From Nemertoderma westbladi (lineage: Eukaryota > Animalia > Xenacoelomorpha): DNA of 64,000 bases. The DNA is taken from the NCBI GenBank assembly GCA_032718475.1, contig JAUCBJ010003600.1, positions 17,125-81,124 of the forward strand, read 5' to 3'. Below are positions 42,724 to 64,000 of the stretch, piece by piece. The translations under genes and the position numbers were made by a program. Numbering within the stretch: the first letter of the stretch is position 1; every line of letters begins with the position of its first letter. The notes under the pieces are model-generated. The model had not been told where the DNA came from and ran no database searches. It worked only from the letters and a program-made list of their open reading frames with translations.

Positions 42724-44550
42724 GTAAGTTGTAGGGAATTCAGTAGTCACTCAGTCAATTCAGTAGAACCCTCACTGACAACTAAACTAAAAATTAAAAA
42801 GTATGTAAGACAATCACCAAACTTATTTCATAAGAAAAATTACAAATCGAAATGATATATTGGCTTTCTATCCACATAACCTGTTAGTAAATGGGCCGTA
42901 CGGCGCTATGTAATCACAACGCCATCTGATTACGATGCCATTTTATATGAAATCGCTTTAAACAGTAACTTCCATTGAGTTTCAATACGATCTATTAACA
43001 TATTTATAATGCTGAAATGTGTAGCTTTTAAATAAGCTAAAAATCGTTAAATTCCGTTAATTAGAACGCGACTTACACTTGTTTTTATAAAGAACAATAT
43101 TTATTTATCCATTAATTTCACTTTTTTTACGAAATTAATTAATTCTTGACTTCACCCCCCCCCCCCCCCCCCCCCCCATCCCAGTTGTTGCTGACCAATA
43201 AGAACTCAAGGATTGTTATATTGCCGTAGCCCCTCCGCTATAGACGATACAGAGAGTTAAACTTATGAAATCATAATAAACAACATTCATTGTGTTGGAG
43301 AGATTCATTTACGGTCTGGATCCAATTCAATTACAAGTCGCTTATAAGAAAGTTTGATGTTCTGGATATGACGACGGCCGTTTAATAAAACTGTTGTAGA
43401 GGTTCCGATAATATTTCTAGCTCTTAGTTTTGGGAAGATATTTATAAATTATATTGTGTAAATTATACGCAATATAAATATGTTTTAAAACTATAAGTTA
43501 AGATACTATTACTATTCGTTTGTACTAATTAATTGATCTATCTGAATTATTGTTAATATTTTTTTTAGGACAGACTACATTGAACGCCGCATGATGATGA
43601 ACAACGCCGCTAATACTCCACACACTGCCTAGGGATGGGTTTCTACCATGTTGAAAAATCAATGTGTATTGGTCACTCGCGATTGATAATTTATATTAAT
43701 TAGAACTAATTAATTAATTATGGACACAATAATGGTGATTTAACTGTTTTTAACTGAACTGATATTAAGTTATATAACTGTGTGTTTCAAATATTTGGTT
43801 TATATCAGTTGTTGACATTACAAATAATTATTGATTCTTATCCAAGTTACATAACTGTATTTTTTCGAATTTATCTCAAAGACGTTTTGTTTGAACCCCA
43901 ATATCTTCATAAGAACAAAATATATTTAAAAACGGTTACTGTATTTGGAATCTGCTGTTAATTTAACACTAAAAGAAGTATCACAAGTTAACTTTTCTCT
44001 AAATGTTACAGAAACGGACAGGGAATAGTTATGTCTGCCTTTTCAAGAAAAAATACCTAAAATATCATAAAATATCAAAAAACGTTGTGTTTGAACCCAA
44101 ATATCGCGAGAACTACCAATAATATGTAAAAACGGTTACTGTATTTGGAATCTGCTGTTAATTTAACACTAAAAGAAGAATCACAAGTGAACTTTTCTCT
44201 AAATGTTACAGAAACGGACTGGGAATAGTTATGTCTGCTTTTTCAATAAAAAATACCTAAAATATCATAAAATATCAAAAAACGTTGTGTTTGAACCCAA
44301 ATATCGCGAGAACTACCAATCATATGTTAAAACGGTTACTGTATTTGGAATCTGCTGTTAATTTAACACTAAAAGAAGTATCACAAGTGAACTTTTCTCT
44401 AAATGTTACAGAAACGGACTGGGAATAGTTATGTCTGCTTTTTCAATAAAAAATACCTAAAATATCATAAAATATCAAAAAACGTTGTGTTTGAACCAAA
44501 ATATCGCGAGAACTACAAATCATATGTAAAAACGGTTACTGTTTTTAGTT

Positions 44551-52325
<7,775 letters not shown>

Positions 52326-53771
52326 GTATCATTTCACAAGCATTTACATAATGATACATACCATGGCATTTAGCCGCAATGCATAGGCCTATAACAAATA
52401 CTTACCATACATACCCCTGCTGCCCCCTTTGATCCATTGTATCAACTATGTTATTATAACTATAATTTCAAATAAGGTTATTCTTCATCGTTTTAATTAG
52501 TACTTAATATGAATAGAAAGATAAAATTACGCTAATTCTAATGAACTTAAAATCAGCCAATTTCATCCACGTCAACCAAAGTTACAGGCCGCCAAAGTTT
52601 TCATTATTTTCAGAGTACACTAGTGGTTTCTAAGCCACGCTCAGTCATTACCTCTATGCCACGAAGATCTCTGATTCGTTCAAACGCTATCATTATTTCA
52701 ATGGTGGGGAGAAAGTTAGTATCTAAAATTCAAATTAAACATAGAAAACATGATTCTCATGAGTAGCTAAAAAAAAAAATTTTAAGCAAAATTCAATCTA
52801 GTTCCCGAATCTGTCACTTTCCCGCCATCAAACCCTCAACTTTTCCAAATAATGTACAGGGGAAAATTCTGTCAAAAAGAAAAACCATTATTCCCCTTCA
52901 CTTAATGTTAAATCTATAATGGTTGAAGCTATTTTCCCTTTGTCTCCACAGAAACAGCGAATCAGAAGCTTTGTTTACATCCCACCAACTCATCTTGCTA
53001 AACCCGGCTTTTTCCAAAAAAATATCGCGTTTTAAGCTAGTTTTTATGCAAAAACTCCTATTATACTATCCAAAATTATATTCAAAATATATACATCATA
53101 TGGAATGCGACATGGCGAGTCTCGTGGTATATTTACTTTTTCAAGAGATACTTAAATAAGCCCAATCTAACGTCAAGTTCCTGTGTTTTCACTCAACATA
53201 TCCATTCAAGATGGCGTCCGTTCAAGGCAATATCCAATCTACTTATGCTAATGAGTTCTTTACTATAGTCACTGCGTACAGGCGCATTGCATTGTTACCT
53301 TGCTAGCCATAGCCATCCATTATTATTACATTGACACAACGTTCTTTAATACAACCCCACAGAGTTCATAGAGAGTTCACAGACAGTTGTTCGCGCATAC
53401 CATCTCAATCAGGCCTACGCGACCGTAGCCTACTTGTTTCAGTTTACATTCAGTGGGCTTTATTTATACAAAGGCAACGGCCAGTGTCATTTCATTCAAT
53501 AACAATACTTCTGTGTTACTTACCGTAGGTAGTTGTTACGTCGGATTACAATAATTAATTATCCGTTCGCAATCAAATATTATATTAAAGTGTTTCGGGA
53601 CGACGCCATCCTTTGTTATTGCAAGGACTATTAATTCATTCAAAGCAAAGGTAATTTATTTATTATAATCCCGTATATAATTATTACGTAGCTAGACTTA
53701 CTATAAGAAGGCTGAACTTATTAATTAACTTATTATTTAAATTCATTTACTCAGGTTTACTCAATTATTTT

Positions 53772-53918
53772 GGCGCTAATCTTCTGGTAGACTCGACCGG
53801 CCAGAAGCTGAAACTGTCTGACTTTGGTAGTACGGCAGCCCGTCTGCAGTCGCAACAAACGTTCGGTGGGGAATTCCAGGGTCAACTATTGGGCACCATC
53901 GCATTTATGGCTCCAGAA
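53772..53918 (+). pseudogene. MAP3K1: MAP3K1-like kinase exon, copy 3
   Basis: Same sequence as 31384-31530. Confidence 0.85.
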
Positions 53919-55122
53919 GTAAGTTGTAGGGAATTCAGTAGTCACTCAGTCAATTCAGTAGAACCCTCACTGACAACTAAACTAAAAATTAAAAAGTATG
54001 TAAGACAATCACCAAACTTATTTCATAAGAAAAATTACAAATCGAAATGATATATTGGCTTTCTATCCACATAACCTGTTAGTAAATGGGCCGTACGGCG
54101 CTATGTAATCACAACGCCATCTGATTACGATGCCATTTTATATGAAATCGCTTTAAACAGTAACTTCCATTGAGTTTCAATACGATCTATTAACATATTT
54201 ATAATGCTGAAATGTGTAGCTTTTAAATGAGCTAAAAATCATTAAATTCCGTTAATTACAACGCTACTTACACTTGTTTTTATAAAGAACAATATTTATT
54301 TATCCATTAATTTCACTTTTTTTACGAAATTAATTAATTCTTGACTTCACCCCCCCCCCCCCCCCCCCCCCCATCCCAGTTGTTGCTGACCAATAAGAAC
54401 TCAAGGATTGTTATATTGCCGTAGCCCCTCCGCTATAGACGATACAGAGAGTTAAACTTATGAAATCATAATAAACAACATTCATTGTGTTGGAGAGATT
54501 CATTTACGGTCTGGATCCAATTCAATTACAAGTCGCTTATAAGAAAGTTTGATGTTCTGGATATGACGACGGCCGTTTAATAAAACTGTTGTAGAGGTTC
54601 CGATAATATTTCTAGCTCTTAGTTTTGGGAAGATATTTATAAATTATATTGTGTAAATTATACGCAATATAAATATGTTTTAAAACTATAAGTTAAGATA
54701 CTATTACTATTCGTTTGTACTAATTAATTGATCTATCTGAATTATTGTTAATATTTTTTTTAGGACAGACTACATTGAACGCCGCATGATGATGAACAAC
54801 GCCGCTAATACTCCACACACTGCCTAGGGATGGGTTTCTACCATGTTGAAAAATCAATGTGTATTGGTCACTCGCGATTGATAATTTATATTAATTAGAA
54901 CTAATTAATTAATTATGGACACAATAATGGTGATTTAACTGTTTTTAACTGAACTGATATTAAGTTATATAACTGTGTGTTTCAAATATTTGGTTTATAT
55001 CAGTTGTTGACATTACAAATAATTATTGATTCTTATCCAAGTTACATAACTGTATTTTTTCGAATTCATCTCAAAGACGTTTTGTTTGAACCCCAATATC
55101 TTCATAAGAACAAAATATATTT

Positions 55123-56546
55123 AAAAACGGTTACTGTATTTGGAATCTGCTGTTAATTTAACACTAAAAGAAGTATCACAAGTGAACTTTTCTCTAAATG
55201 TTACAGAAACGGACTGGGAATAGTTATGTCTGCTTTTTCAATAAAAAATACCTAAAATATCATAAAATATCAAAAAACGTTGTGTTTGAACCCAAATATC
55301 GCGAGAACTACAAATCATATGTAAAAACGGTTACTGTATTTGGAATCTGCTGTTAATTTAACACTAAAAGAAGTATCACAAGTGAACTTTTCTCTAAATG
55401 TTACAGAAACGGACTGGGAATAGTTATGTCTGCTTTTTCAATAAAAAATACCTAAAATCTCATAAAATATCAAAAAACGTTGTGTTTGAACCCAAATATC
55501 GCGAGAACTACAAATCATATGTAAAAACGGTTACTGTATTTGGAATCTGCTGTTAATTTAACACTAAAAGAAGTATCACAAGTGAACTTTTCTCTAAATG
55601 TTACAGAAACGGACTGGGAATAGTTATGTCTGCTTTTTCAATAAAAAATACCTAAAATCTCATAAAATATCAAAAAACGTTGTGTTTGAACCCAAATATC
55701 GCGAGAACTACAAATCATATGTAAAAACGGTTACTGTATTTGGAATCTGCTGTTAATTTAACACTAAAAGAAGTATCACAAGTGAACTTTTCTCTAAATG
55801 TTACAGAAACGGACTGGGAATAGTTATGTCTGCTTTTTCAATAAAAAATACCTTAAATCTCATAAAATATCAAAAAACGTTGTGTTTGAACCCAAATATC
55901 GCGAGAACTACAAATCATATGTAAAAACGGTTACTGTATTTGGAATCTGCTGTTAATTTAACACTAAAAGAAGTATCACAAGTGAACTTTTCTCTAAATG
56001 TTACAGAAACGGACTGGGAATAGTTATGTCTGCTTTTTCAATAAAAAATACCTTAAATCTCATAAAATATCAAAAAACGTTGTGTTTGAACCCAAATATC
56101 GCGAGAACTACAAATCATATGTAAAAACGGTTACTGTATTTGGAATCTGCTGTTAATTTAACACTAAAAGAAGTATCACAAGTGAACTTTTCTCTAAATG
56201 TTACAGAAACGGACTGGGAATAGTTATGTCTGCTTTTTCAATAAAAAATACCTTAAATTTCGTAAAATATCAAAAAACGTTGTGTTTGAACCCAAATATC
56301 GCGAGAACTACAAATCATATGTAAAAACGGTTACTGTATTTGGAATCTGCTGTTAATTTAACACTAAAAGAAGTATCACAAGTGAACTTTTCTCTAAATG
56401 TTACAGAAACGGACTGGGAATAGTTATGTCTGCTTTTTCAAGAAAAAATACCTTAAATTTTGAAAAATATCAAAAAACGTTGTGTTTGAACCCAAATATC
56501 GCGAGAACTACCAATCATATGTAAAAACGGTTACTGTATTTGGAAT
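55123..56546. repeat. 200-bp satellite, 7 copies
   Basis: TGGAATCTGC recurs every 200 bp from 55141 to 56341. Confidence 0.97.
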
Positions 56547-57109
56547 GAAAATAAACCTGGTTGAGTTGGACCGCACAGTTGAATTAATTACATTCTAGTT
56601 CACTACATATACTAATATTTTGCATTGTGTTCTGGATTGCTTCTTTTAATAAAACTATTTAAAGTTGATAAGTTATTGCAGTTCCTTGTAATAAATGTTA
56701 AAATCAGTTCAACATTCAACTATATCAGTTAATACAATATTAGCATTAGTATTTGTTTGTACTAATAAACGATCTATGTAAACTTATAGTTATTATTTTT
56801 ATTTTTAGGACAGACTCCGACATTGAAGAAGCTCTACACAATGCAGCTACTACCAAACACACTTCCAAGGAACGAGTTTCTACTCTATTGTTATGATCTT
56901 GGGACCGCAAATGAAACTACTAAACAGTCTGGGATTTTAATTAAACTGTTAAAGAGATTCGAATGACAATTATTATTAGTGCTGCTTAATTAATTGCTGA
57001 TGTAACTTCGTATTTACCCGAACTGATATTATGTTATATAACTGTATGTTTAATATATTTTGTTTATATCAGTTGTTGACATTACCAATAATTAATTATT
57101 AATTTAACA

Positions 57110-63025
<5,916 letters not shown>

Positions 63026-64000
63026 GTATCATTTCACCAGCATTTTACATAATGATACATACCATGGCATTTAGCCGCAATGCATAGGCCTATAACAAAT
63101 ACTTACCATACATAGCCCTGCTGCCCCCTTTGATCCATTGTATCAACTATGTTATTATAACTATAATTTCAAATAAGGTTATTCTTCATCGTTTTAATGA
63201 GTACTTAATATGAACAGAAAGATAAAATTACGCCCATTCTAATGAACTTAAAATCAGCCAATTTCATCCACGTCAACCAAAGTTACAGGCCGCCAAAGTT
63301 TTCATTATTTTCCCAGATACACGACTGGTCTCTATGCCACGCTCAGTCATTACTCATGATGTCATTTTAGCCATGAAGATCTCTCATTCGTTCAAACGCT
63401 ACCATTAGTTCAATGGTGGGGAGAAAGTTAGTATTTAAAATGCAAGATAAACATAGAAAACTTCATCCTCAAGAGTAGCTAAAAAAAAAAAGTTGTAGGC
63501 AAAATTCAATCTAGTTCCCGAATCTGTCACTTTCCCGCCATCAAACCCTCAACTTTTCCAAATAATGTACAGGCGAAATTTCTGTCAAAAAGACAAACCA
63601 TTATTCCCCTTCACTTAATGTTAAATCTATAATGGTTGAAGCTATTTTCCCTTTGTCTCCACAGAAACAGCGAATCAGAAGCTTTGTTGACATCCCAACC
63701 AACTCATCTTGCTAAACCCGGCTTTTTCCAAAAAATATCGCGTTTTAAGCTAGTTTTTATGCAAAAACTCCTATTATACTATCAAAAATTATATTCAAAA
63801 TATATACATCTTATGGAATGCAACATGACGAGTCTCCTGGTATATTTACTTTTTCAAGAGATACTTAAATAAGCCCAATCCAACGTCATGTTCCTGTGTT
63901 TTCACTCAACATACCCATTCAAGATGGCGTCCGTTCAAGGCAATATCCAATCTACTTATGCTAATGAGTTCTTTACTATAGTCACTGCGTACAGGCGCAT

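Overview
AT-rich, repeat-dense eukaryotic DNA, most likely from an invertebrate animal. (1) 1-~4.8 kb: right part of a Polinton/Maverick (adintovirus-like) element with major capsid protein, adenain-type protease, a convergent 579-aa orphan ORF and a possible terminus. (2) 5-13 kb: retroelement debris (CRE-type 3' ends in inverted orientation, probable solo LTR, RTE fragments) and minisatellites. (3) 13.5-26.2 kb, minus strand, the main find: a WD40 ORF (25349-26212) and a Roc-COR (ROCO) ORF (15500-18889), listed separately in the ORF track, have phase-matched splice sites whose joining completes the 7th WD40 blade. This predicts a ~1400-aa WD40 / APAF-1-like winged helix / Roc / COR / CARD / CARD protein. 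A duplicated acceptor exon could give a WD40-only isoform, and a VNTR plus a second COR-tail-CARD-CARD module lie downstream. (4) 26.9-29.2 kb: 5'-truncated RTE LINE with a TSD and a nested MITE. (5) 30.7 kb to the end: tandem ~11-kb units, each with an orphan MAP3K1/MEKK1 kinase exon, a 200-bp satellite and long ACCGGT/ACCAGT and ACCAAT simple-sequence arrays; the long ORFs there are repeat artefacts. All family calls come from motif recognition by eye; no database searches were run.
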